A DNA stretch of 64,000 nucleotides, taken from the NCBI GenBank assembly GCA_002633005.1, contig NMRA01000078.1:381868-445867 (forward strand), given 5' to 3'. The position numbers and the translations under genes were made by a program. Source of the stretch: Phoronis australis (lineage: Eukaryota > Animalia > Phoronida). The notes under the pieces were generated by a model that made no database searches, was not told the DNA's origin, and saw only the letters and a program-made list of their open reading frames with translations. Below are positions 38,858-52,027 of the stretch, one piece after another (position 1 is the first letter of the stretch; every line of letters starts with the position of its first letter).

Positions 38858-41800
38858 TGTTTACCCAAAAAGCAATTTTCGGGATAACTTGTGTGAAATT
38901 CAGTCTTATCTCATCTAAGCGAAGCGTTTGATCGAGGTTACATACCATATTTCACTTTAAAACTCGCCTAATTGATTGTGACAAACGAACGCAATCTGTT
39001 GCCTATCTCGTGTCAAGGATAATTTTAAAACAATATCTGATTCACGGTCGCTGGAGTCGCCGTAATGAGCTGTTGATTTTTATCCGTCTATGATTAACGA
39101 AGATTCTAATTGCCTCTTCGATCACGTGGCTAGAGAATTTTGATAGTCTGATTGTATGTGATCGTCTGCTTCCATGGCGCATGCAAGGCCGCCGCCTGGT
39201 GTCTGATTACATAAAAGATGCTGATTCACACTTCAGCTTCCAAGATAGAGCACGAACATGGTTTGGAAGGCACTCGCCCCCTGACACGGGGTTAGGTTTG
39301 CGTTCTATGGGTGTGGGACTTGAAGCAAACTACACCCTAGACACGAACTTGTGGCATATAATGACGATTAAAACCAATCGGCCTCCGGGCCTGAGTTCGT
39401 GGAACGACATTCCATGCATCCTCAGACAATAAGTTAAATTATTTTACCAAATGATCTCTGGCGCTGGGGAAAATTAGACCGGGTTCTTCTTCCGTTCATG
39501 TGCGTACTCACACGTGACACGCACAAAGCGCGCAGTTAGGTTGACAAAGAAACCCAATATTAAGATAATTTGACAAAGTATGTGGGTAATGTAATTTTTG
39601 AAGAATGTACAAATAAAGTCATCGTTTGTCATCCGAATCCCAATCCACGTTTTCTCATCAAAACAAACTATAACAGATCTAGACAATGATTAGAATTAAA
39701 AATGCATGCAACAATGATGAATCACAAGGTGTGCGCAACAGGTCAGCAAAGAATTATTCCTGCAGTCCAACCCCTACAACTCTAACGATAGACGTTTTAC
39801 AAAGTACCGCATCCACTGATACCTTTAATTGTACGGATAGAGTTATACGTACCAGGCCAGTTCTGAAGCATACGAGTTCATCATTTCTAATCTGAATAAG
39901 AAACAATGAAGACGAAACAAGTTTTGTTATGCTACCATAAGCAGCCAAAATCCGAAGTTGATTTTTGAGAATAGGTGCAGTTTTTTTTATTAGAAGACGG
40001 CTTGAAATCGTCCTTTTTTAATAAAGACATAATAAATTTTGTTATTCTGTGTTTCTCCTCAAAGACAAATTGAGTTTTCGTACCAAAAAGGACTCACAAA
40101 ACTCGATATTCGGTCGTGAAGTCTCAAAATATTTCATTGTCACAGACAGCGTCACGGGCGTGATCAACAATGGATTAAAACAGTTTACAAAAAGCCAAGC
40201 CTGAACTTCATCACCACCACCACACCATACTCCAGTCACCGCATCCGGTGAAACACACTTTGTTTTTGTTTGAGCATTTTTTCATGAGACACCTGGTCGA
40301 GCGCGCCTCCATAACTTATTCGAATGTTCAAACATTTCACCAGTCATTCTCGGCAACTGGAAATAGACATGAATCATGTTGTTACAGGGTGCAGTAAAAC
40401 GTTAACAGCACCCAACATAAGAAACTAAATACGACATGAAAACAATACTTTATCATTAATTTGTGATCTTTGAAGCACTTCCCACTTCTTGCTTAGTAAA
40501 ACGTAAAATCAAGAAAAATGCTGATCGAGGCTACTAGTAGGTGCGCAAAAGTTTCCTTACGGTTTCTATGTTCTAAGCATCATGGGTGGCGCCGCAATGA
40601 AAAAAATGGGGGGCTATAGCCCCCCCAGCCTCCAATGGTCCATAAGCATTCTTTGTAACAGTGTAAATAACAGTTCGTTGTGAAGAACAATGTATGATGA
40701 TTTTGCAATGGGAAATTCTGGAGAGCGTTTATTAGACCAAGTTTTTGGCCAGAAAAGCAAGACCAGTCTCGCACGACTTCGCAAAATCACGCGAGTGAAA
40801 TGCAAGGAGTGGTTCGCAAGTATGCGAAATGGCAGCCACTGAAGTGGTTGGTTGGTGAGGTTCAAGTGTTGAAAAAACAACAGAAGCAAATGACAGGGTG
40901 TCCACCTTTTTCTTTGTTTGTGACAGTACAGAGACGCTGTCTATATCAACTTTTGTTACATTGTTGTATAACTGTATTACCATTTTGACCTTAAAAATGT
41001 TCCTTTTTGGGGAAAAGGTTTCAAAGTCAATTAATGTTCAGCTCATGTCTCTTTGTTGAAACTCATTGCACAGCAAATATGTTTGAATTAATTTTGCAAT
41101 GAAAAAATGGTAGAGTAGGCAACTTAGAAGTGAATGCGGACAATTCGTAATATTCAAAATTAATATTAATATTAACTGCCACATTAGATAGCTATAGTCA
41201 CCTGTTTTCAACTTAGTTTACAGAAGCCGATGATTTTTCGTTGCGGAAGTTTTGAGAGTCGTATGAACGCCATTTCTCACATTACCTGGAAAACGGTTAC
41301 GACACGATTTAGTCTAGTTAATATCACTGAGTACGTATTTGTTTATATTACATCGGCAAATTACAAAGTAGAGCAAAGTAAAAATTCATACGCCTTACAT
41401 TTCATCGTCTGCAAAACACCAAACGAATGTCCACGTCCATTCAAACAGAGACGAACCCCAACACAAGAAACGCTGCGAGCCAGTCCAGCTGTGCTGTCTC
41501 AAGGTCAGTTCAGTGCTCACGCGCGGGGAAGCCTTGCTGACTTACTTATAAATTTTTTTAAGTTTTAATATTACAACTTCAAAGACTATTACTTAGATTC
41601 TAACTTGAATGTTTGGTACGAAAGCTGAATGCAATTTACAACTGTTAAGCTTAAAATAAAGCTATTAACAAAAAGTAACTGAATTACTTTACGTTGCGCA
41701 AGCGTGTTTTTACAAAAAAATGCCTCATGTGGTTGAAAGTTTTAGATACGTTGAGTTTTTCGGCAAAAAAGATCGTTTTTACGGTTCATGTGGGAAAACA

Positions 41801-43489
41801 AATCCTGCACTCGTCTCGGGTTTATGACAAAACCTCGAAATTTCCAAGAGGGTTTTGCCCATGTCATAAACCTGAGATTCGTGTAGAATTCTCCATTAAT
41901 CAATCGTTTCTACCGGTTTGACAGTCCTTCTCTAGCCCAGAAACCATTCCCGGCGGCACAGATTAATAGACGGGCAGTGATCCTACTAGCTGATCGTCTC
42001 AAAACGTCAGCCCTGCAACTAACGCCCCAGTTCGGAGGCCGGGCGAAGCTGCCTGTCGTCGGTTACAGTCAGTCACGGCAACTTTCAGATATTATAAACA
42101 GTAAGAGCCATGGTAAGGCGTCTAAAGCAAATTTCTACACAGGGCGTAATTTGCTTTCCCAAAGCATCGTCATTGCGTTCCTATATTTGAATTGAAACTC
42201 GGTGGTGACAAATCCGCACACCTGAAATTCCCTTTCTGGACAAACTGTTCCTGAAACGCAAGCAACTTTAGCCTGGACATAACCAATAACGCACGGATCG
42301 AAATTTTCCTCAAATTTAAAATCCATGTCTTACCTGTGTAAGGAACAAGAGAAGAAACCCGATTTCATAAGCGTATCCGGCAGTCACTGTAATTTTGTCT
42401 TAAAAGCACGGGTTTATTGTTAGGCTGCTACTTCCAGTGGCGGATTTTGGGGGGCAAGCCCCACAAAAATTCTGATACCATTTGGCAGTTCGGGGTGCGA
42501 ATTTCTGATTAGCATATACGTGCACCCAGGGGGGATCGGGGGAGTTTTTTTAGTAATAAGATCCACAAACACAAAAATTCGAGACTTGGCATCCCTACAT
42601 TTTAGGCTGGGCGCGCGCATGTGGCGAAAATCTGTTATTCCTGTGTCCTTGCTCCCCAACTCAAAATCCTTGATCCGCTCCTGGCTTCTGTCCACATTTT
42701 TTGTCGTTAGGCTACTACTAGAAAGTCATATTAAACTCTACATTTCATGAACTCTGCATGTAGCCCGGCGATTAGGCATTTATAAGAATGTGATAAGTGT
42801 GGAACGGCCGACATTCGGTAACTGAAGAGCGCTGCTGGCAGTCGGCTGTATCGCCATCTATCAACCGTTGGAGTAACCATACGAAACTTGACAACATGAT
42901 GTTCAGGCGTTCTGTCACCTGAAGTCTACCCATTCCATACACCAGTTGCATGTGGCCGTTTCAACGGCATGTACCAAAGAGCACGAAGGGAACGGTCTCG
43001 CTTGTTGAGTTTGTACGAAAATGAGTGAAAGGATAGAAGAACCTCGTGGAAAGCAAAGTAGAGCACTGATGAAGTTAACCACATTCAAAATTTCTAAAAT
43101 AAAAAATTCTAAACCGTAAATCCATCGCAGCGCCCTCTCTTGAGAAATATTCTCCGGTTCATGTCTGGAGTGAAACCTTTGGTGTTTTTAAGAGGGTGGT
43201 TATCACTTCAGATTACCCATGATAACGTAGTGGGCCAAATGAAACAAAATGACGGCTCCAACCCCACGATTCACCATCCTGTTGATTTATGCCATATTTC
43301 TATTTAAAGCCCCATATCATCCTGTTTAGCTGGCTAAAAATGATTGAAATCAAATTAGGCCTTTTACTCTGTTTACATACCGATATAATTTGTTTTGTTG
43401 AACAGGTGGTTTAGCAATTATCAAAGTAAGCCTCACATCACAGCACTTAGGTTAAAGCTACATTGCGCTTCGTTTAGCAAGTTGAAAAA

Positions 43490-43562
43490 CAGAAATCAAA
43501 TGAGACCTTTTACCGGAAATCAAATGAAACCTTTTACCGGAAATCAAATAAGACCTTTTACC
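43490..43562. repeat. Short tandem repeat (about 24-bp unit x3)
   Basis: gaaatcaaatgagaccttttaccg-like unit occurs three times. Confidence 0.85.
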
Positions 43563-45537
43563 CTGACAAAATCATTCTCATAATATTCCTTATCATGACA
43601 GGATTTCCCATCCTGATCCATTAACGACAAGAACATCGAAACCATTAGTGACTCAAGAACACGCTTCAGAGTTTATTGGTATTGGCCAACCCTAAAATGA
43701 GGCCTGTACACGTCGCCACTGACATGAGTTAGTAAAGGAAATAGACTCTCCATTACGGAATGGAATGTCACGAAAACAATTTTTACGACGATAAAACGTC
43801 TCATTTGATGTTCGTTTTTCAACCAGAAAAACAGTGCAAAATGCAGCTTAAATCTAATTACCGCAGTGTATGACTTGCTAACAATTGCTAAACCAGCTCT
43901 TTGAACAAAACAAATTAAGGCTCTTCATGAACAATCTGGTAAGGCTAACAACCACACTTGGTTTTACTCACAATATGTACACCATCTGAGACAACCTGCA
44001 TTCAATCTCCGACTCAAAAATTAGTGACAAAAGAAAGACACAATGGTATTAAAAATTATCAACTTTACTTCCACAAGAGACAGAGTCACTCTGAATCTAA
44101 ATGTCCACATTCCAGTGTTACAGCGACCTCACTAGCCACAGTCGACATGACATCGCCAAATTTCCTCATTGGTAATAACTCGTTCCAGCGATCTTACCAC
44201 TGTGGGTCACGCATTAAGGAAACACCACTTCAAACAATCAGGACTTGGAATCACCAACGACAAAAAAGAGGAAAATTTTCCAGGTGACATATCATTCCAC
44301 AAATAAATAAGCTTGTGTGATAGAAATATTAGTTTGTTGCAAAATTTAAGTGAAATAAACATTTTTGCATGAATAAAGTCAACATAATGATAAAAAGAGA
44401 CGCAAAAGCGGAAACTGGAAATCAATAGGAAAACGAAACCAAAAAGAGGAAATCCTCTTAAAAGTGGAAAATTCCAAGCCCTGAACAATAACGTACAATG
44501 CTGTAGGAGTCGCAACTGAAGACCCCAGCCCTAAAACTAGTGCGTCACCAGCACTATACGCTGCTCAATACATGGACATTACAAGCTGTACTAGTGACCA
44601 AATGCCACACTGTCCCTCTAATCCACAACAACTCGCACTGTATCCATGTTCTCTTTACACTAGTATTGTCTCATCAGCAGATACTATCCTTGCAACACAA
44701 TTAAACATACTTAACAAATGAGCAACTCAGATTTTTCAATATTCTGCAACAATTCCAGACAGTGCATTCTTAGTAACCATAGAAACGTGCCCCCTGTTAA
44801 GCCTCACATAAACCATGGATTTTAGTAAAAAATCTTAATTTATTCAATGCTCACATGTCTACTCACCTTTGAAATGTTTTCACACAGAAGGAATGCTTCT
44901 GCGACCGCTACAAATTTGAAAAATATATTCTGTTTTCACTTGTTGATAATTAAGAAAATATTTGAAGAAAGCAGAAACACCCAATCACAAACTTACAGCA
45001 ATTACAAACCCACCTTCCTTCACAAAAAACTTCGGATTCAAACCAGTTACCATCATGAAATTAGAATCAAATTGTAGCGGCCATTTTCCTAGTCACACAA
45101 CTGCACTGAGAAATCTATCAGCTACATTGCTAGTGTGCGTATATAACATTGCATGCTCTGTAGCCAATCACTAGACTTTCACTAGCGTTATTTTACGTGA
45201 TCTCACCAAACACAAAAGAAACTAGACTTTCGGAACGCATCCTAATAACAATTTTGACTTAAGCACCATAAATACACACATGGTCCAAATATGTGAGGCC
45301 ACAAACACGTGTCTAATTATAATGTCCACACCTTCCAGTATTACTCTATGTACTAATGTCCAGTACCCTTAGGTGTTCAGTAGTTTCTGAAATAAAGAGC
45401 AATGAAAATAATCGAATACGTATAAGTTATTGTTTCATCCGAAATAGAGCTGTAACAAAATTTCAAAAGGTAAAAGTTCACTTGAAGAGTTACCTAATCA
45501 AATGCACATAAAACAAAATTTTAGAAGCTGCATCAGT

Positions 45538-45627
45538 ATATGTGTGTATGTATGTATGTGTGTGCTCGTATGTATGTATGTATGTATGCGTGTATGTGTG
45601 GGTGTATGTATATGAGTATATATGTAT
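45538..45627. repeat. (TATG)n/(TG)n microsatellite
   Basis: Visible. Confidence 0.9.
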
Positions 45628-45710
45628 TTTGATACTACCTATTTCATTCCACATCAGTAATTCATTAAGTTCTGATTGAAAAGAGGTTTTTCATGGTCTC
45701 GGTGAAAGTA

Positions 45711-46066
45711 CGTTGTAAGTGAAATCAACTTACTCGCAGACCTTGGAGTTGGAGTTTGAACGTTTCGAACTCTGTGCTCTACATCTCGGCATATCCGGCC
45801 ACACTGTATGTGACAAACATGCCAAAATACTGGCAAAGAAGGAAGATCAAATAGTCAAAATATATAAAAACCAAAAAGCCTACCATGAACCGGGACCAAG
45901 GTCTACAACTCCCACCGATAGATGACGCTATATTACTTCCGGGTAACATAAGGACAGGAAATCAGGACGCCCCCCTACCAGCCGTTGAAAAAGAACTGTA
46001 GAGCACAGTTCGAAACGTTCGTACTCCAACTCCAAGGTCTACGAGTAAGTTGATTTCACTTACAAC
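45711..46066. mobile_element. MITE with about 70-bp TIRs
   Basis: gttgtaagtgaaatcaacttactcgcagaccttggagttggagt...gtgctctaca is mirrored at 45997-46066. Confidence 0.85.
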
Positions 46067-46592
46067 ACATTTAAGTTCTGATTCAAAAACTTTGATTACT
46101 GTAACAGTTACCAGAGGCAACCAGAAATTGTTTTCATAGTCATAACTAAACATTCAATCACTCTCAAAAAAAGAGAAAACATTCACTTAAAAGTTAGTGT
46201 TACCTCAAAATAAATAGTAATAGTTACTCATAAGTGTCTTGCATTTTGAAAGCCAGCTTTCTCCACAAAAGAACAGGCATCAAACTGGTTCTCAAAATGA
46301 AAGACCCTATAAGCTACTATAATTGACCAATAAATATTATAACACAGTGTCAGACAAATGCAGCAAGGGAAAAGGGCTGCAGTGGATATTTTTTTTGATC
46401 ATAATTTAACAAAAAAGATTTTTATATGAATTCATACGAATGATATGATATAAATGGTTGATAAGGATTCATATTAAAGGCTGCAAAGTTTATCCTCAAT
46501 TGTCGTAATTCATACGATTTCTTATCACCGACCAATGATAAATCGTGCTATGAACCATGGCCAGAATGACAACAGACAAGTGTCCGTTCATT

Positions 46593-46720
46593 GGAGGAGT
46601 CAGTGTGACCTAGAGGGTTGAGCGTCTACCTCCAGGTCACAAGGTCATAGCTTGGAATCCCACTGGACCGCACTGCTAGTCACTTGATTCATGTATTTAG
46701 CTCCTCAACTCCGTCTAAAC
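46593..46720 (+). mobile_element. tRNA-derived SINE family copy
   Basis: ggaggagtcagtgtgacctag head and tagctcctcaactc tail, as in the 10088 and 57445 copies. Confidence 0.55.
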
Positions 46721-46915
46721 TTGTGTATATGTTTATGTGTGTCGTATGAAATTATTAATAAGTAATTCAAGTGTTTGGAACAATGGAACCGACTGAGCAG
46801 CACGCGCACGTCTGACGCAACGTCTATCAGACCACCTGCACTAGTTTTTATTAATGATCCGTCTGATATATATTCATATCAACCGAGAAGGGGGTGTACT
46901 ATTCAAGACACGTAC

Positions 46916-49900
46916 CTTTCTTGAATTTTCTACACATTCCATGAACTGCTTGACTACCCCTGAACAGAGTAATGTCTTGTCGGGGTTGTCTTGGTAACAC
47001 CTCAGCACAGCTTGTTCCAGATCAGCACAGATGGGTGAAGACGTCTGAGTGCTGTAACGAGCACAGGATAATACACAGGTAAAAACTACCTCATTATGTA
47101 AATCGTTGCTCGTCTATGTCCTAATGAAAATATTGCTCAACAAGCAAATCCTTTGTCGCAGCGGTTGATATCATAGAAAACATTATTCATCAGGAAATCA
47201 CTTTCAGATAATCAGTGAAAATATCACATGAAGTTAATCTCAAACGTCTGAATATTGGCAAATTAAATTGCGTTTAGAGAATAGCTGTGAAATGAAGCAA
47301 CATTAATTTCCCAAACCTATTAATTTTTAGAGAATTTTATTGTCTACTTTGTAAGATAGTTTTACCTTAGATTATATTGTCATAATCGTGATAGAATTTT
47401 TTTTATTGAATGTACATCAAAATGCAATATCAATCTAAATTGGTTCAAAATAAGGCAAAAATACTTATATGAATATGTTAATCTACTAAGTTTGATTGGA
47501 TTTCTGTGTTTGATCGGTGGTCCCAATGGCTCAGTGGCTAGAGCGTCTGCACGGTTAGCAGAACGTCCTGGGTTCGAGTCCCGGTTGGGGGCAGGAATTT
47601 ATTCAGACTTATATTCATTAGGCCACATGTGGCCAACAGATGGCGTGCCGATGGGACTTAAATGTTTGCAACAAAAATACCTACACAAACTTTTTCTCAA
47701 CACTAGACACAGCTTCTGCAAACTCGTGTAGCCTGTCCTCATATAGTTCGACATTCTGAAATGAAACTCATCAACAGTAAATGTTGTAAATTTTACAACT
47801 GGGCCAAAAAACAAGAGTTCATGCTAGTACTAACCCCTGCTCTGCGAAAGTTTCATTCGAATGCTTTTTACAGTGAAATCCCATCAATTCATACAAAAAT
47901 TTCATTTTTCCATTTCCAGCCTCTTATGACATTGTTGTTAATACCCACATTTTTTCAATTATTGCATGATGGTACCTACGGGGCATGACTAGAAAATGCT
48001 AAAGTGGTAATTTGATTTCGGTCATCTTATATGAAAACAAAACTTTAAATTTCTGATATCTGCAGTATGTTTTCCAAAACAGATGAGATTATGCCACAAT
48101 GCAAACCATAAAAGATTATTTATTTTCGACTGTCCTACCATGTCTGCTCCAAAACAAGCACATAAAAACGTTACTTTTAATTACCACTTTTCATTATCAG
48201 GCACTGTCATTTCCCTTGCAATATATTTGCCGCAGAAAAAACACATCTTCGATCAGATCAGATAAAACATTTTACACTCGTTCACATGATTTTATGCCTA
48301 AAAGAAAATATGTGTCTAAGAAGTGGTCCAACTTTGAAAATACCAAACTTTGACAAATTCGCATGCAGAGCACTCATTTATAACTGAACCATTTCCTGTC
48401 AGTGATCACATGTCAGTGACCCCTGCCATTGACATTATAACTGAACCATTTCCTGTCAGTGATCACATGTCAGAGACCCCTGCCATTGACATTATAACTG
48501 AACCATTTCCTGTCAGTGATCACATGTCAGTGACCCCTGCCATTGACATTATAACTGAACCATTTCCTGTCAGTGATCAAATGTCAGAGACCCCTGCCAT
48601 TGACATTATAACTGAACCATTTCCTGTCAGTGATCACATGTCAGTGATCCCTGCCAATGATATTATACCTTTTGTTCTAGCTCCTTTAACCTCCTGTTGT
48701 AATCCTCTCTCAGCCGTTTAGTCTCTGCTGCAGATACCAAGTCATCAGTTGGCATGGAAGACTCGTCAGTGATGGTCTCTGAGTAAGTGAAACAATAGCG
48801 TCAAATGTAAATTACCTACTCAGTAGGCAAAAGAGGTCTTCCCAGAATATCAAGCTCGTATTTTCCAGAAATACTGTGCATTTGGCAGTGAACTTTACAT
48901 TCTTTCCCAGTGCTACTCCTTAGTAGCCTTGGTAGAGGACTACAAATCTCACTTCTCATTGGTTAACACAACAAAGCAATCTGGCTTTTCATTAGTTAAC
49001 AGAACAAAGAAACCTACATGTGTTCCGACTGGATGAAAGTTAAAAAATACCTTGACGCCAACAATTACAAGACAAAAACTTTATTCAGCAATGGGGAAGA
49101 GGACGTGTTTAAGACAAAAAATTCTGACTTAAGTCTTAAGTCAATTTTTATAAAACAGATCTTGGAAATTGGGCCTTAACTTTGAATCAAATAGAGTTGT
49201 CTACATGATCATTTATCAGGGCTACAATTGTAGCAAAGCTTCACTCTCCTGGAGTGAGATGCAATGCTGACCATGAATCCAACTTACAATACTTTTCACA
49301 GGAGACTTACTTGATGGAGCAACACTAGGTTCAGGCAGACCTCTCAGTCTTTTGACGACATCGTCCGATATCTGTAAAGTTAATTTAGCTCCTTTATGAC
49401 GTCTGTAGATAATGTTCCATTTGCTTGACTGAGCAGTTTGAAAATCAATGTAGAACTATACAAATTGTGTTGATTAATTACTTGCATTTTCAACACATAT
49501 GGAAGGGAATTTCCACCAAATGAGGAAGTTTTTAGATTGACATCAGCGCTATCAAGAATATGATTGTGTGAATGGAAAGCCACAGGATGATACATTGAGA
49601 AAAGCATCACAGACAGTAATGTGCGATTAGAGTAAAATATATGAATAAAACATAAGAACTGGCTGACATACCTGCAGAGCAAAAGACATTATTCAAAATC
49701 TGACAGATGATACAAATTAATACAATGCAATTTGACAGAACTGTACAAGTACTGTTAGCCACCTGTCTTCAACGTCACGGTATTCGTATATTATAGTGGG
49801 TATGTTTAATTGATGCTTTTCATAAGTTTCTTAACTTTTTCATGCCTTAAAAAGAAGTGACACCCTTTTTCACCCAAACCTTAAGACAAGAAGATTGTAT

Positions 49901-51755
49901 TGACAGCAATGGTCACTTCGTAGTACAAGGGCTCCGCATTTTAAGAACCATTTTTCTCCACTGAAGAAGAGGCATCATACTTGTTCTCCAAATTCGGCAC
50001 CCCTGATTAAACCGACAGCTGACTGGGTGAAGGTCTTGGTAATTAGAGTTGTTAAATACCGTGTCTGTGCGGCATGGGAGGAACAGAGAGCAGTAGGCAT
50101 TGGACGTACTGATCCTTATGACTTAGTTATTCGAGTAATTTGTGAACAGAGTGACATATAGGTTAAGTGATTTGGTAAAAAATATGACCCTGTTCAGCTC
50201 ATGATGGAGTCGCCACTGGCAATATGAGATCACATTTCGCAAGCTGGTACTCACCAAAATCAGAGTGCACGATCACAAAAGCTTTCAGAAAAATTATAGA
50301 TTTGCTTTCGTTCCTTGATCGACTACTCGCTAAGGCAGGACAATTGCTCTTTGGTCCATCGGTTTGGACCCTCGGCTCACATGGCGCCAGCTTGTGTTCA
50401 ACAATGGCATTGCAGATTTCTTAGCCTACATATAACGTCAACGCAAGACTATCATCATAGACGGTCATACATAGACATGGTCAAACCACACCGATGACAT
50501 CGTCGATTGACTTTGGCAACACTACATTAACAGATGAAATCAAGGTTATTTTTGTTGAGGGGATTGGAACTTCAGGAGTAGAAGATGTCACCACAGACCC
50601 GATCCCAGTCCTGAGTCAAGCCAGTCAACAACTGGTCAAGCCTCAAGGCTCAATGACAAGTCAAGGAACAAGCTAGGCAATGACCATCGCCTCTGTTGGC
50701 CCGAAGCAGAGGCGATGTAGAGGCTATAGGCGCTCTGTACGCCGGAAGCTTTTCGGCGAATTATGCCTCGCACCGACTAAACCATCAAAGTCACGTTGTT
50801 ACAAATACCTTTTGCGCATAGAGGAACACCTTAGGAGGTTGTCGATGTGTTTAATTCCTTCCAACTCGAACAAATACTCCCGTTATGAAACTTTTTCTTC
50901 GAGCAGTCCCTATTTCAGTTCCCAAAATCGTGAACTCAACTTTTTCATTTTTTTAACCAGGCCGAAGGTCAGAAGTTGCGGACCTACCGGCGAACTTTGA
51001 AAGCTGAAGTTCCCGCCCTTCGCGTACGTGCTGCCGGGAACCAGCCGTGCATTTGCCGCGTTGTTAAACATTAAAATGTCAAATATGTGCAAAAAGACTA
51101 TTAAATGTCATATCAACAGCATTTGTTTTTATCAAATACAAACAATGATTCATTGAAATACAATCAGTTTCAAGTAACGCCAATTAAAGACAAGTATAAG
51201 TGGTGGCATTTTGGAAACGAACATTTGACTGCCAAGACCGCAATGGCTCACCTTTGGCCTATTTAAAGATTGAGGTCATGAATTGGAGCGTGCGCAGTAT
51301 AAAAAAGTTGAGTTCACGATTTTGGGAACTGAAATGGGGACTGCTCGAAGAAAAAGTTTCATAACGGGAGTATTTGTTCGAGTTGGAAGGAATTAAACAC
51401 ATCGACAACCTCCTAAGGACCTAAGGTGTTCCTCTATGCGCAAAAGGTATTTGTAACAACGTGACTTTGATGGTTTAGTCGGTGCGAGGCATAATTCGAC
51501 GAAAAGCTTCCGGCGTACAGAGCGCCTATAGCCTCTACATCGCCTCTGCTTCGGGCCAACAGAGGCGATGGTCATTGCCTAGGAACAAGCCGGTTTATTC
51601 GGAGTCGGCTGTGCTGAGTCAGTTTGCAAATCCCGGTCACCGCTTTGAATTTTTTAAGAGTTACCATCTAACGCGAAGGAAAACGTTACCTTAACCATTC
51701 CAGGATCATCTGTCCCTTCCACTGTCACACGCCTACTGCTCTCCGTTCCTCCCAT
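46916..51755 (-). CDS. CHCHD3: MICOS complex subunit MIC19 (CHCHD3/CHCHD6 family); exons 51755-51690, 49371-49311, 48778-48669, 47755-47685, 47051-46916; short terminal exon not located
   Basis: Phase-consistent GT-AG splicing gives MGGTESSRRVTVEGTDDPGMVK-ISDDVVKRLRG... (N-myristoylation MGxxxS, MIC19-type N-terminus), a coiled coil (RLREDYNRRLKELEQK...FAEAVSSVEKKF) and a twin CX9C CHCH domain (PICADLEQAVLRCYQDNPDKTLLCSGVVKQFMECV). Confidence 0.93.
47519..47593 (+). mobile_element. tRNA-like sequence (SINE head or tRNA pseudogene) in MIC19 intron 4
   Basis: A box tggctcagtgg, B box ggttcgagtcc and a foldable cloverleaf. The anticodon loop acggtta lacks U33 and there is no clear oligo-T terminator. 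Confidence 0.6.
48378..48667. repeat. 57-bp minisatellite x5 abutting the donor site of MIC19 exon 3
   Basis: Unit ttataactgaaccatttcctgtcagtgatcacatgtcag(t/a)gacccctgccattgaca, alternating variants. Explains the repetitive ORF 48350-48721. Confidence 0.95.
50004..50115 (+). pseudogene. Inverted, degenerate copy of MIC19 5'UTR plus start of exon 1, inside MIC19 intron 1
   Basis: tgattaaaccgacagc...ctgtgcggcATGGGAGGAACAGAGAGCAGTAGGC is the reverse complement of about 51731-51841 with some mismatches and indels. Reads MGGTESSRHWTY*. Confidence 0.85.
50674..51581. mobile_element. Non-autonomous fold-back DNA transposon (Mutator/MULE-like), about 270-bp near-perfect TIRs, 9-bp TSD
   Basis: TSD ggaacaagc at 50665-50673 and 51582-51590. 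TIRs 50674-50945 and 51301-51581, each starting with an internal hairpin catcgcctctg...cagaggcgatg. No transposase ORF. Confidence 0.9.
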
Positions 51756-52027
51756 GCCGCACAGCCACTGTATTTAACAACACTGATCACCGAGACCTTC
51801 ACCCGATCAGCAGCAACACATTTCCGCTGTCGGTTTAATCACGTATGTACGAGAAAAAAAATATTTGCATTACAATAGAAATAGGCTTTTTTATCCATTA
51901 ATAAATACAGTAATTTAACGCAAAAATGCTATTAGTAACCTCCAAGATGTTAAAAACGAGTGTATTTTGTACAAAAATTAAATTACTAAAAAAATGTCAC
52001 GTGACTGTCCTTTTACCCTCGTGTAAA
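51756..52027. promoter_or_regulatory. Compact bidirectional promoter region MIC19/RPL18a with GTCACGTGAC palindrome and a 5'TOP/TCT-like pyrimidine tract
   Basis: The start codons diverge 272 bp apart. gtcacgtgac at 51996-52005. tccttttaccctc at 52008-52020 lies just upstream of the RPL18a ATG, as typical for ribosomal protein genes. Confidence 0.7.

Noticed and set aside
43900-46400. Several AG-short ORF-stop candidates for the MIC19 terminal exon
   Set aside because: Multiple equally weak options that cannot be distinguished without transcript data.
47519-47593. Functional tRNA gene
   Set aside because: Non-canonical anticodon loop (no U33, pyrimidine at 37), acceptor-stem mismatch and no terminator.
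48350-48721. 123-aa repetitive ORF, or a CRISPR-like array
   Set aside because: Head-to-tail 57-bp minisatellite with no unique spacers, antisense within a MIC19 intron, in a eukaryotic genome with no cas genes.
50680-51575. Two identical-start ORFs MTIASVGPKQRR on opposite strands
   Set aside because: They are the two TIRs of the fold-back element.
50004-51841. Outer inverted repeat as the TIRs of a second transposon
   Set aside because: The right arm is the genuine MIC19 exon 1/5'UTR and no TSD is visible, so it is treated as an inverted gene-fragment copy.
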